A stretch of 59,050 nucleotides of DNA from Pirellulales bacterium. Its GTDB lineage: Bacteria > Planctomycetota > Planctomycetia > Pirellulales > UBA1268. The stretch is from NCBI GenBank assembly GCA_029246985.1, contig JAQWMC010000018.1, positions 1 to 59,050 on the forward strand. Reading direction: 5' to 3'. The position numbers and the translations under genes are program-made. This document shows, in pieces, positions 18,539 through 29,000 of this stretch; the first letter of the stretch is position 1; each line of letters begins with the position of its first letter. Below the pieces are notes generated by a model. It saw nothing but the letters and a program-made list of their open reading frames with translations, did no database searches and was not told the origin of the DNA.

Positions 18539-21500
18539 ATGCGCAGTCTGATCTCTTGGACAGTAAGGAATATGCCAGCAATGAATACGCTGGTTGTGGC
18601 AATTCTCATTGTGGGAGCAATGAGCTTTGCAGGTATGCGGCGAGAGGTGTTTCCGGAGTTTGAGCTTGAAATAATCCTTGTCTCTGTGCCTTACCCCGGG
18701 GCGACGCCGGAAGAAGTCGAAGAAGGGATCTGCCAAAAAGTAGAAGAAGCGTGTCGCAGTGTTTCTGGGATAAAAAAACTTACGAGTGTCGCACAGGAAG
18801 GGGTGGGTTTCTGTGTTTTTGAACTAGATTCCGGCATGAAAAATGTACAGAAGGTGCTCAGTGAAATTCGTTCGGAGGTTGAGCGAATTCCAAGTCTTCC
18901 CGAACTTGCTGAGGATCCAAAGGTTGAGCAGGTAACTCTTCGTAATCCGGCAATCAAGGTTGGCATTTTAGCGCCGCAAGTTGCCGGGGGTGTCTCGGAA
19001 TCTGAGCTGCGCGATGTCGCAGAACTTGTGCGGGATGACCTCTTGGCCTTACCGGCGGTGTCGGCTGCAAATCTCCAAGGAGCGAGAGACTACGAAATCG
19101 ATATTGAGATTTCAGAAAGAATGCTTCGTAAGTACGGGCTTTCACTACGGAATGTTGCCGACATCGTCCGTCGAGAGAATCTTGAGTTGCCCGGTGGAAC
19201 GATTCGTGGTGAAAGTGGTGAGATTCTGTTGCGGGGGAAAAACAAGCGATATGTTGGAGATGAGATCGCCACTCTTCCTTTGGTTACGTTGCCCGATGGC
19301 CTTGTTTTAACGGTAGGTGACCTGGGGACGGTGCGAGATGACTTCGCAGATATTACCGCAACGAATCAAATCAATGGTCGGCAGGGAATGGTTGTGTCCA
19401 TCGACAGGAGTTCCGGTGAAGATCTGCTCGCTATGACGGAGGCAGTCAATGCTTACGTTGGCAAGGCATCGCTGCCGCACGGGTATCAGATTGTGACATG
19501 GGCAGATCAATCAATTGATGTTCGTGATCGACTTGAAATGCTTGTGAACACAGGCACTCAGGGCCTCCTCATTGTTTTTGTAATATTGTCACTTTTTCTA
19601 AATTTAAAAATTGCTTTTTGGGTCGCCTTAGGCATCCCTTTTTGCATGCTGGGGGCCGGTGGTCTGATGTTTTTAACAGACCAGACTCTCAATATGCTGT
19701 CCATGTTTGCTTTTCTGATGGCGATTGGCATTGTGGTCGATGATGCGATAGTTGTGAGTGACAATATCGAGCGTCATCGTCGACTTGGAAAAAAGCTAGT
19801 CACTGCTGCCATCGACGGAACTGCTGAGGTAGCGCCAAGTGTTGTGTCGAGTGTGACGACTACAGTCATTACATTTCTGCCACTCTGCTTCGTTTCCGGA
19901 GTGATGGGAAAATTTATTGCTGTGATGCCCTTCGCGTTTATCACAGCCCTGATCATGTCTCTTGGTGAATCCTTACTTATCCTTCCTGGCCACCTTTCTC
20001 ATGAAAAGGGTTTAGTTTTCACCGTACTTGGGTGGCTACTTTTCCCGTTTCGTGTGTTTTTGCCTGTGTTGACGTGGCTGCAGAAAGGGTGTGACCGAAG
20101 CCTGCAGTGGGTGATCCAAACCTGCTACCGCCCGCTCCTTGATCTTGCCTTAGCAAATCGGCTGAGCACTATGGCAGTCGCTGTCAGTGTTCTCATGATG
20201 GCTGTAGCACTCGTGCGGAGTGGTGTTACGCCGTTTTCATTGTTTCCGAAGATTGATGCAAATCGTTTGCTTGCAAAGGTCACGTTTCCAGATGGCACTC
20301 CATCAACAGTGACGGATGAAGCGACTCGTAGAATTGAACAAGCTGCCTTTCAAACGGGACAGAAGCTCTCAAATTCAGGCGATTCGATTGTTCGTCTTGT
20401 GCATCGCTCAGTAGGGCAAGTTGCTGCCCGAGGTGAGGTCGGTCCAGATGCTCGGGTCAGTGGAAGCCATGTAGGAGCTGTAGCAATTGAGCTTGTTGAT
20501 GGTGAAAGTAGAGATGTCACAAGCGAGCAGTTTATAAGTGATTGGCGATTGGCAGCAGGGAGCTTTCCTGGCGTGGAAAGCCTTGTTTATGGAACGGAAA
20601 ATATTGGACCCGGTGGTAAGGCTGTTGAATTCAAACTCTTGTCTCGAAGTGACCCGGAATCTATTCGTCAGTTGGAGGAGGCCGTTGAGCGGTGCAAGGA
20701 GTGGCTTGTGCAATACCCTGGTGTTATCGATATCGACGATGATTCCCGGCCTGGTAAATGGGAGTATCAGATCCGTGTGAAACCAGAAGCTGAAGCAATG
20801 GGCGTGTCTCTGGCAGATCTTGCTGGAACTGTCCGGGCGAGCTATTACGGTGAAGAAGTAATGCGGCTTCAGCGAGGTCGTCATGAAGTAAAACTCATGG
20901 TGAGATACCCACAAGAAGAACGTCGAAGTGTTGCGACACTGAATGATGTTCGCGTGACGAGTCCCGATGGTGTCAAGCGGCCTCTTGATGAGTTAGCCGA
21001 GATAGAAATCAGACGGGGTTACTCTGAAATTAATCGATTGAGCCAGAAGCGATCTATTACCGTTGTTGCTGATATCGATGTCGCGAAGAGTTCGCTAACA
21101 AGTGGCCAGATTACTGGGGATATGGAAAAGCGATTGATGCCGGATTTGTTAGCGGAGTATCCACTTGTGAGCGTCCGATGGGAGGGAGAACAGGAGCAAA
21201 CTCAAGAGAGCCTCAAAAGCTTGGGGGTGGGTTTTATTGTTGCTCTGTTTGCGATGTTTGTTCTTCTCACGATGGAATTTAAGTCTTATTTCCAGCCACT
21301 TCTGATCATCGCAATCATACCGTTTGGATGTGCGGGGGCTGTGTTCGGTCATGCGTTGCTTGGCATGCCACTTACTCTTTTTAGTATGTTTGGTCTTGTT
21401 GCTCTCGCTGGCGTTGTTGTGAATGACTCGATTGTTTTAATAGATTTCATTAATCATCGTGTTCGGTCCGGTATGCCATTGTTTGAGTCCCTTCGTGAGG

Positions 21501-21772
21501 CCGGGCGACTGCGATTCAGGCCTGTTTTTCTCACAAGTGTAACGACAATCGGAGGCCTCTTTCCGCTCATGACAGAAACAAGTTTTCAGGCCCAATTTCT
21601 GGTGCCGATGGCTACGTCGTTGGTCTTTGGTTTGGCGGCTACAACATTAATTGTTCTTGTTCTCGTGCCTGTCATGTATTCCTTTTTTGGAACATCAGCC
21701 CAATCGGTGGTAGATGAGGAATCCGATTGGCAAGCAGGAGAGGCTGCTTCAGCTAAACATGCGATGGTTTAA
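18539..21772 (+). CDS. Efflux RND transporter permease (AcrB/AcrD/AcrF family)
   Basis: 1077 aa with 12-TM, two-large-loop organisation. The TM4 region reads GIVVDDAIVVSDNIE. The heavy-metal HME signature (DFG..DGA..EN) is not seen. Confidence 0.9.
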   Translation: MRSLISWTVRNMPAMNTLVVAILIVGAMSFAGMRREVFPEFELEIILVSVPYPGATPEEVEEGICQKVEEACRSVSGIKKLTSVAQEGVGFCVFELDSGMKNVQKVLSEIRSEVERIPSLPELAEDPKVEQVTLRNPAIKVGILAPQVAGGVSESELRDVAELVRDDLLALPAVSAANLQGARDYEIDIEISERMLRKYGLSLRNVADIVRRENLELPGGTIRGESGEILLRGKNKRYVGDEIATLPLVTLPDGLVLTVGDLGTVRDDFADITATNQINGRQGMVVSIDRSSGEDLLAMTEAVNAYVGKASLPHGYQIVTWADQSIDVRDRLEMLVNTGTQGLLIVFVILSLFLNLKIAFWVALGIPFCMLGAGGLMFLTDQTLNMLSMFAFLMAIGIVVDDAIVVSDNIERHRRLGKKLVTAAIDGTAEVAPSVVSSVTTTVITFLPLCFVSGVMGKFIAVMPFAFITALIMSLGESLLILPGHLSHEKGLVFTVLGWLLFPFRVFLPVLTWLQKGCDRSLQWVIQTCYRPLLDLALANRLSTMAVAVSVLMMAVALVRSGVTPFSLFPKIDANRLLAKVTFPDGTPSTVTDEATRRIEQAAFQTGQKLSNSGDSIVRLVHRSVGQVAARGEVGPDARVSGSHVGAVAIELVDGESRDVTSEQFISDWRLAAGSFPGVESLVYGTENIGPGGKAVEFKLLSRSDPESIRQLEEAVERCKEWLVQYPGVIDIDDDSRPGKWEYQIRVKPEAEAMGVSLADLAGTVRASYYGEEVMRLQRGRHEVKLMVRYPQEERRSVATLNDVRVTSPDGVKRPLDELAEIEIRRGYSEINRLSQKRSITVVADIDVAKSSLTSGQITGDMEKRLMPDLLAEYPLVSVRWEGEQEQTQESLKSLGVGFIVALFAMFVLLTMEFKSYFQPLLIIAIIPFGCAGAVFGHALLGMPLTLFSMFGLVALAGVVVNDSIVLIDFINHRVRSGMPLFESLREAGRLRFRPVFLTSVTTIGGLFPLMTETSFQAQFLVPMATSLVFGLAATTLIVLVLVPVMYSFFGTSAQSVVDEESDWQAGEAASAKHAMV

Positions 21773-21897
21773 GATCGTAGGATCTTCTGGAAGTCATGAG
21801 GAGTAAAGTCAGTTTCTAAAAATGGTGGATTAAACCTACTCGGTTGAGTCTGATTGATGGATAGGGGCATGAGCCTTCACATGAGGAATTCGTACCA

Positions 21898-22248
21898 TTG
21901 AGAACTAAAAGTTATTTATTCATCGGGGCAGCCATTGGCATGCTGGCATCTGCTACGATTTCCCTGCCTTCGTGGGGCAGTGCGAATGAATCAGTACAAG
22001 AAAGTGTTACCCAGAATCGATGCTGCAGTTGTAGTGGTTCTTTTCCTCGTGAGGCGGCTCGTCTCTGTGCAAGTTGTTCGCACAAATATAGTTCGAAATG
22101 TTGTCTCTGCAGCGGTTCGTTTCCCAAGGACATCGCACGTCTGTGTGGGACGTGTTCGAACAAGTATCGCTCGAAGTGTTTTGTTTGTAGCCGAGCCTTC
22201 CCAAAAGAAGTTGGGAGACTATGCAGCCGATGTACGAGCAAATACTAA
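21898..22248 (+). CDS. Small predicted-exported cysteine-rich protein with three tandem CxxC-x11-CxxC (zinc-ribbon-like) repeats
   Basis: TTG start preceded by GAGGA. Signal-like N-terminus (RTKSYLFIGAAIGMLASATISLPSWGSA). The three 26-aa repeats are conserved at the protein level but use different synonymous codons, which argues for real coding. Confidence 0.6.
   Translation: MRTKSYLFIGAAIGMLASATISLPSWGSANESVQESVTQNRCCSCSGSFPREAARLCASCSHKYSSKCCLCSGSFPKDIARLCGTCSNKYRSKCFVCSRAFPKEVGRLCSRCTSKY
22021..22245 (+). repeat. Three tandem 78-nt (26-codon) coding repeats: 22021-22098, 22099-22176, 22177-22245
   Basis: CCSCSGSFPREAARLCASCSHKYSSK / CCLCSGSFPKDIARLCGTCSNKYRSK / CFVCSRAFPKEVGRLCSRCTSKY, aligned by eye. 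Confidence 0.8.
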
Positions 22249-22289
22249 GTGAGCCGCAGTATATTTTCAGGCCGAAAGAAAAAAGTTCT

Positions 22290-23381
22290 TTATCGGTTGC
22301 AAAGAAAATGGCATACGTCACCGTCTTGCATGACATACTCTTTACCCTCGATACGTAATTTTCCTGCAGCACGAATTTCTTTTTCGCTACCAAGGTTTTC
22401 GAGGTCTTCGACAGAATGGATTTCTGCTCGAATAAATCCTTTTTCAAAATCTGTGTGGATAACACCGGCAGCTTGGGGGGCCGTTGCTCCTATTGGCACA
22501 GTCCAGGCGCGAACTTCTTTTTCTCCTGCCGTGAAGAAGCTTTGTAGCCCAAGGGTTGCGTAGCTGGCTCTGGCAAGAACGGCTAAGGCTGGTTCACGTA
22601 ATCCAACATCTGAAAGCATCTCAAGACGGTCATTGTCGTCAAGTTCAGCAAGTTCAGCCTCAAGTTTCGCGCACACGGCAACAACATTAGCATGTGCAGA
22701 GGAAGCAGCTTCACGAACCTTCTTGACCAGTTCACCAGTTCCTTCGAGATCAGATTCATCAATGTTGGCTACGTAAAGAATGGGCTTTGCAGAAAGGAGG
22801 CCAAGTTCTTTGATAGCCGCTTGCTCTGTATCTGTGAGTACAAGCGTTCGGATTGGTTTCTCAGCTGTGAGATGGCTTTGACACTTTTTCAGTACATCGA
22901 GTCGGCTCTTGGCTTCCTTGTCCTGACCCCGCGCGTTCCGTTCTGCTTTGGGTAAAATTGTTTCAAAGTGCTGCAGGTCGGCGAGCAGTAATTCAAGTTC
23001 GATGGTTTCCATGTCAGCAACAGGGTCAACGGTTCCGGCAACATGGATCACGTCTGGATCATCGAAGCATCGCACAACTTGCAGAATTGCATCGACCTCA
23101 CGGATGTGCGCGAGAAACTTATTCCCCAAGCCCTGACCTTCACTTGCTCCCTGCACTATTCCTGCAATATCGACCAGTTTGAGTGCTGCAGGAATCACTT
23201 TTTGTGTCTGAACGTGCGTCGTAATCCGATCGAGACGTCTGTCAGGAACGCTAACCATACCCTCGTTGGGTTCGATCGTGCAGAAAGGATAGTTTTCACT
23301 TTGTGCTGCCTTGGAAAGAGTTAACGCATTAAAAAGCGTGCTTTTCCCAACATTTGGCAGTCCAACAATACCAGCTTCCAT
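22290..23381 (-). CDS. ychF: Redox-regulated ribosome-binding ATPase YchF
   Basis: N-terminus [20 protein letters not shown] (Walker A) and a C-terminal TGS-like end [13 protein letters not shown] at 23381 avoids overlap with the upstream desaturase gene. Confidence 0.9.
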   Translation of the reverse strand: MEAGIVGLPNVGKSTLFNALTLSKAAQSENYPFCTIEPNEGMVSVPDRRLDRITTHVQTQKVIPAALKLVDIAGIVQGASEGQGLGNKFLAHIREVDAILQVVRCFDDPDVIHVAGTVDPVADMETIELELLLADLQHFETILPKAERNARGQDKEAKSRLDVLKKCQSHLTAEKPIRTLVLTDTEQAAIKELGLLSAKPILYVANIDESDLEGTGELVKKVREAASSAHANVVAVCAKLEAELAELDDNDRLEMLSDVGLREPALAVLARASYATLGLQSFFTAGEKEVRAWTVPIGATAPQAAGVIHTDFEKGFIRAEIHSVEDLENLGSEKEIRAAGKLRIEGKEYVMQDGDVCHFLCNR

Positions 23382-23386
23382 ATGTG

Positions 23387-24496
23387 TTACGAGGTGGCAG
23401 TTGCCGCCCTTTCTCCACCAAAGATAGTTCTTTTTGCAACCACCCACCAACCCGGCCGATCAAGTCCTCTGTACGGAGAGTTCTCTGGCAGGTGTTGGAT
23501 AAGGTAGCTGTGTGCTCCAGCTAGGTTGTGGTACGGGAGTGACGGAAAGAGATGGTGCAATGCGTGATAACGGATTGAAAACGGAAAGAAAAGGAGTGTC
23601 AGCGGGTCATTGCGGGTGAAATTACACGAATCAAGAATGTGCGATTCGACGTCACTTGTCTCCCCGTCTCCATCGAAGTGGTGGTCAGCAAGTTGTCGCA
23701 TTTGGTTCATTATGAGTGTTGTTAAACCAAGCACGTAAAGGAGAGGGATACGACTCAGTGGGGCGGCACCTGTAAAAACAGCAAGCGGAATAGCAGCTGC
23801 TCGGATAAAGCAAAGCACTTCCATTGCGGTAATTACTTTCCTGTCGAAGTTGTTGATTTGTCGTCTATATTTTAAGTTCAGTGTGAGTGAACTGCCCCGC
23901 TCGAGTACAAACTCGCGAAGTCTGGGATGTAGAAAGCTTAATGGAGCGAGTAGAAAACGAAGGAAAACGATAATAGGGTATGCCATTATGAAGAGGCTGT
24001 AGCAAAGAGCGCTCTTCCAGTTGCCTGCTTCTAATACGTTGGCAACGTACTCAGGATCTTCAGGCGTGCCATACATTCGCTGACTGTGATGGTCACGGTG
24101 ATGTCGAGTGAAAAAGCATGAGGGAGTCAGTGTGAAAACACCAACGAGAAGATTCCAAGCCACTTTAAACGTTCGCATCTCGTTTGCACCCAAGTGACAG
24201 ACTTCATGAATCAACGAGCCCAGTCGATAGAGCCAAAAAACTGCGATTGGGAATGCAGCTATTTGTTGCCACGAACCAAGTGGTGCAAGCAGATAAATCA
24301 TTGCAGCTGAGTAGGCGAAGACCAGACTCAGCAAAAAGTCAGCCCAGTAACGAACGGGCGATACTTTAAAGAAATTCGTATCAGACTGGCTGATAGTTTT
24401 ACGGGCGTCACGAATCCATGAAGGAACACTGCCTGTGTAAGAAGAGTCTGTTAATTCGTTCGTCGATACGTCAACGGCCTCAAGTGTTTGCTGCAT
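23387..24496 (-). CDS. Membrane fatty-acid desaturase family protein
   Basis: Three histidine boxes (HEVCH, HHRDHH, HALHH) with intervening hydrophobic segments. Confidence 0.8.
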   Translation of the reverse strand: MQQTLEAVDVSTNELTDSSYTGSVPSWIRDARKTISQSDTNFFKVSPVRYWADFLLSLVFAYSAAMIYLLAPLGSWQQIAAFPIAVFWLYRLGSLIHEVCHLGANEMRTFKVAWNLLVGVFTLTPSCFFTRHHRDHHSQRMYGTPEDPEYVANVLEAGNWKSALCYSLFIMAYPIIVFLRFLLAPLSFLHPRLREFVLERGSSLTLNLKYRRQINNFDRKVITAMEVLCFIRAAAIPLAVFTGAAPLSRIPLLYVLGLTTLIMNQMRQLADHHFDGDGETSDVESHILDSCNFTRNDPLTLLFFPFSIRYHALHHLFPSLPYHNLAGAHSYLIQHLPENSPYRGLDRPGWWVVAKRTIFGGERAATATS

Positions 24497-24566
24497 TGAA
24501 CTCTCCTCTGTAAACTGGCACAGTGCTGACGGAATCTATTTTGTGTGATTCTGAAGGGTAAGCGTC

Positions 24567-25241
24567 GTGAAATCCAAGTTGCCACCATCTGCTACTACCA
24601 TAGGTAACAGACCAAAAACGTCGAAATCTCAAAAGGGGTTGTCGTCTAAAAGCAGCAAAACCACGCTCAATAGTGGTTCTCGGAAAATCCTTGGGCCCTC
24701 ATTCTTCAATCGACGCGCTGACTCAGTTGCCCGAGATCTCCTAGGTTGTTGGCTTATCGTCCAGCGAGGCAAGCGGCATCAAGAAAAACACCGTATTTTC
24801 GAAACAGAGGCATATCTTGGCCCCAACGATCTTGCCTGTCATGGTCGTACGGGGCCAACGCCACGAAACCGGACGATGTTTGGGCCCGCAGGATATTGGT
24901 ACGTTTACCTTTGTTACGGGATGCACTGGATGCTGAATATAGTGACCGGTCGGGAAGGTCTACCAGCTGCTGTGCTTCTTCGTGGCGCGGGAGAGTTTGT
25001 GGGGCCCGGCCGCCTCACAAAAATGCTTGATGTCACGAAACAACATGATGGAAGACAAGCCGATCCAATTTCAGGCTTATGGATTGAAGAAGGGGCAGAC
25101 GTGCCGCGCCGACAAATCCACCGCACGCCGCGTATTGGCGTCGGTTATGCTAAGGAATGGGCCGAAAAACCATTGAGATACCTCGTTGATCCAAACATCT
25201 TTGACGTGCGGTCCGTAATAACTGATGGGCTGTACCAATAG
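24567..25241 (+). CDS. mpg: DNA-3-methyladenine glycosylase (AAG/Mpg family) with a basic N-terminal tail
   Basis: FFNRRADSVARDLLG, ETEAYLG, DLACHG and GPAGYWYVYLCYGMHWMLN motifs. GTG start. Confidence 0.85.
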   Translation: MKSKLPPSATTIGNRPKTSKSQKGLSSKSSKTTLNSGSRKILGPSFFNRRADSVARDLLGCWLIVQRGKRHQEKHRIFETEAYLGPNDLACHGRTGPTPRNRTMFGPAGYWYVYLCYGMHWMLNIVTGREGLPAAVLLRGAGEFVGPGRLTKMLDVTKQHDGRQADPISGLWIEEGADVPRRQIHRTPRIGVGYAKEWAEKPLRYLVDPNIFDVRSVITDGLYQ

Positions 25242-25277
25242 CCAAGAGAAGAATGCCTTGAAGGGGAAGTTGAAGTC

Positions 25278-25937
25278 ATGACTGTTTTGCACAATAAAAG
25301 TCGCTATGGTTTCTCATCCAGAGTACTTCTGGTTTGGATTGTCATAATGTGTATGTCAGGAGTCTTTATGACAGATGAAATTGTTGCGGAGGAATCGTCT
25401 TCTGTTGCTACGGCTACTTTTGGAGGCGGTTGTTTTTGGTGCACTGAAGCGGTGTATGCTGAGATTCGTGGAGTAAAGAGTGTTACAAGTGGTTACACGG
25501 GTGGTCGGATTCCGAATCCAAACTACAAACAGGTCTGTAGTGGTCTCACTGGTCATGCTGAAGCAGTTGAGATTGAGTACGATCCGGCAGTTGTACCGTA
25601 TGAGAAACTACTTGAAATATTTTTTGCAACACATGACCCGACAACACTTAATCGGCAGGGTGCAGATGTTGGTACTCAATACCGTTCAGCAATTTTCTAT
25701 CACGATGACACACAGAAAGAGATTGCAAAGAAAGTTATTGCAAAGCTTAATGAATCAAAAGTTTTCTCGTCTCCGATCGTGACCACGCTGGAGAAAGCAA
25801 AAGTTTTCTACCCCGCTGAAAGCTATCACCAAGACTACTTTGCGAATAATGGGTATCAGCCGTACTGCCAAGCGGTTGTTGCACCCAAAGTGGCAAAAGT
25901 TCGTAAAGTCTTCAAGGAACTTTTGAAATCAGAGTAA
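25278..25937 (+). CDS. msrA: Peptide-methionine (S)-S-oxide reductase
   Basis: Active-site motif GGGCFWCTEAVY. The N-terminal hydrophobic segment suggests export if ATG at 25278 is used. Internal ATGs up to 25368 are alternative starts. Confidence 0.9.
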   Translation: MTVLHNKSRYGFSSRVLLVWIVIMCMSGVFMTDEIVAEESSSVATATFGGGCFWCTEAVYAEIRGVKSVTSGYTGGRIPNPNYKQVCSGLTGHAEAVEIEYDPAVVPYEKLLEIFFATHDPTTLNRQGADVGTQYRSAIFYHDDTQKEIAKKVIAKLNESKVFSSPIVTTLEKAKVFYPAESYHQDYFANNGYQPYCQAVVAPKVAKVRKVFKELLKSE

Positions 25938-26007
25938 TTTCGATGACAAGAGTGGGGTGTGCCCATGGGACTGTGGTTGTTGCCTGTTTTTAGCAATCGG
26001 TAGTGAG

Positions 26008-29000
26008 TTAGTCGTCGGCGTATCGTGCGATGAGTTCACCTGCTTCAACCGGGCTGCCGGGGCTTACGAGCACTTCAGAAAGTGTTCCGTCTTGCTCAGC
26101 ATAAACTGTTGTTTCCATTTTCATGGCTTCTAGACTCAGGATTTTATCACCCTTCTTGACTGTATCGCCCGGCTTGACGGCAACCGTCACAATTAATCCA
26201 GGCATTGGAGCGCCAATATCACGAGGATTACCAACGTCTGCTTTCGGGCGTTGTTGGATTGTGCCTTCGAGGGTGCGGTCGATAACTGAAACGCTACGAG
26301 GCTGACCGTTGAGTTCAAAGAAAACAGTCCGTGTGCCATCCGCATGGGCCTCTCCAACAGTTAGAAGACGAATGACTAGCGTTTTGCCCGGTTCGATATC
26401 AACAAAAAGCTCTTCGCCTGGTTTCGGCCCCTCAAGAAAATCCGGGGTTGGTAAGACAGCGACATCGCCGTATGTCGCCCTGTGTTCAGCGAAATCCTGA
26501 AAGACTCGTGAATAGAGAAGCCATGATGAAACGTCACGTGGGGAGGCCTCGCGGCCAACAAGAGCGGTGACTTCAGCCGTTGCATCTTCCATGTTGGCTG
26601 GTGGAAGTGTGGCTCCCGGCCGACCGTCAATAATCGTCTGATTACGAACGACTCGCGCAACTACTTCCTCCGGAAAGCCCCCCGGTGGCTGTCCCATGCG
26701 ACCTGACAGAAGATCGACCACCGATTCGGGGAAAGCAAGCTCACGGTTATTTTCAAGAAGTTCACTGGCCTTCATGTCATTTGTAACAAGCAGAAGTGCA
26801 AGGTCGCCAACCGCTTTACTCGTTGGTGTCACCTTGACAATATCTCCAAGGATTTGGTTTACCTCGGCGTATGTTCGGCACACATCTTCCCAACGGTCTG
26901 CAAGCCCAAGAGCCCGCGCCTGTTCAAGTAAGTTGGTGAATTGACCACCTGGCATCTCGTGAAGATAGAGGTCTGCATCGGGTGCTTTCATTCCACACTC
27001 AAATGGAGAGTAGTGTTCGCGAACTGCTCCCCAGTAGTGCGTTAACTGCCGAAGAGGCTCAGGGTCGAGACCAGTGTCGAGGTCAGTGTTTCGTGTTGCT
27101 TCGACGAGGGCATTGAGGTTTGGTTGGCTTGTGAGTCCAGCGAAGGGTGCCATGGCTGCATCCACAATACTCGCTCCATGCCGAGCAGCTTCCAGGCAAC
27201 TCGCGAGCGCAGCACCTGATGTGTCGTGGGTGTGAAAATGGATTGGAAGACCAACTTCGTCATGGAGTGCTTTTGCCAATCTGCCTGCAGCAAAGGGCTT
27301 GCAAAGACCAGCCATATCTTTGATAGCCAGAAGATGAGCGCCTCGTTTTTCAAGCTCTTTTGCAAGGTCTACATAATACTTCAGTGTGTACTTGTCTCGT
27401 TTGGGGTCGAGTACATCGCCGGTGTAACAGACAGTGGCTTCGCACAGGGCCCCACTTTCCTGAACGGCTGTCATGGCGACCTCCATGTTTGGGACCCAGT
27501 TCAATGGATCAAAAACTCGGAATACGTCGATTCCAGCCGATGCAGATTCTCGGACAAATCCTTGGACAACATTGTCAGGATAGTTTGTGTACCCCACAGC
27601 ATTACTTGCGCGAAGGAGCATTTGAAAAAGAATGTTTGGTACCTTTTCACGCAGTCGAGTTAAACGCTCCCAAGGGCATTCCTTCAGGAATCGCATCGCG
27701 GTATCGAAGGTCGCGCCACCCCACATCTCGAGTGAAAAGAGACCATGCGCAAGCCTGGCATACGCGTCGGCAACGGCGATCATGTCATAGCTTCTCATGC
27801 GAGTTGCCAAGAGTGACTGATGAGCGTCACGCATTGTGGTATCTGTCAGGTAAAGACACTTGTGCGACCGAAGGGAGGCAGCGAATTTCTCTGGTCCAAG
27901 TTCGAGGAGTTTTGTCCGACTACCGGCTGGCGGGGCCTGCTGGGAATCAAACGCTGGCACAATTGCTGGACTTCGACGCACAACTGGCTGACGATTTTTC
28001 ATCAGCGGATTACCATTTACGATGGTTTCAGCCAGAAAGTTGAGGAGACGAGTGGCACGATCCTGCCGAATCGGGAAGTCGAAAAGGCTTTGTGTTTCAT
28101 CGATGAATCGTGTGGTGCAATTCCCCGCGAGAAACTCTGGGTGCGTTACAAGGTTGATAAGGAACGGGATATTGGTTTTGACTCCCCGCACGCGAAACTC
28201 TTGGAGGCACCGTTCAATATGACCAGCTGTTTCGACGTGTGAGAGCCCTCGTGCAGTTACTTTAACCAAGAGTGAATCAAAGTATGGCGTGACAACGGCT
28301 CCAGAGAAGGCCGTGCCTGCATCGAGTCGGATCCCCATTCCGCTTGCTGAACGGTACGCTGTAATTCGGCCATAATCTGGTAGGAAACGGTTTTCTGGAT
28401 CTTCCGTTGTGACCCGACATTGGATGGCGGCCCCCATCGTGCGTATGGCGCTTTGGTCTCCTAGGCCGATTTCTGGGTCTGTCAATTTTTTGCCCGCAGC
28501 AATCTGTAGCTGCCTGCGAACAATATCAACACCTGTGATCTCTTCGGTCACAGTGTGTTCAACCTGAATACGTGGGTTGACTTCGATGAAATAAAATCTG
28601 TCAGCATCAGCATCGACAAGGAATTCAACCGTACCAGCATTTTCATAATTAGCCGTTCGTCCAATGGCGATTGCAGCGTCACATATCTGTTCTCGTATAG
28701 TCGGAGAAATATTCGGCGCTGGAGCCACCTCAACAACTTTTTGATGCCGGCGCTGAACGGAACAGTCTCGCTCGTAAAGGTGTACAAGATTTCCGTGTGT
28801 ATCTCCAAGAAGTTGTACTTCGATATGTCTGGCACGCTCGATAAACTTTTCAATGAAGACGCTTGTACTGCCAAAAGCAGTTTTGCTTTCACGCTGAGCA
28901 CTCTCGAGTGCGGCTGGCAGGTCCTCTTTGCTCCGTACAATGCGCATGCCACGACCACCCCCACCATGAGCCGCCTTGAGCATGACAGGGAATCCGAGTT

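Noticed and set aside
17105-22248. Idea that the RND pump is a heavy-metal (HME) exporter and the downstream Cys-rich protein is its periplasmic metal chaperone
   Set aside because: The TM4 region of the permease reads VDDAIVVSDN rather than the HME DFG-DGA-EN signature. The regulator is TetR-type, not MerR or two-component. The Cys-rich gene is separated by 125 bp, and no outer-membrane factor is present. I kept the Cys-rich protein as an independent finding.
22007-22465. 152-aa minus-strand ORF spanning the Cys-rich repeat gene and the 3' end of ychF
   Set aside because: It overlaps the well-supported ychF coding sequence in another frame. Its translation is low-complexity with no motif. 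The plus-strand repeat ORF shows a synonymous-codon divergence pattern that supports the plus frame instead.
27360-28043. 227-aa plus-strand ORF, and several others between 26123 and 29206, inside pyruvate carboxylase
   Set aside because: These are antisense or alternative frames of a 1149-aa gene with unambiguous biotin carboxylase, carboxyltransferase and biotinyl motifs. They are shadow ORFs.
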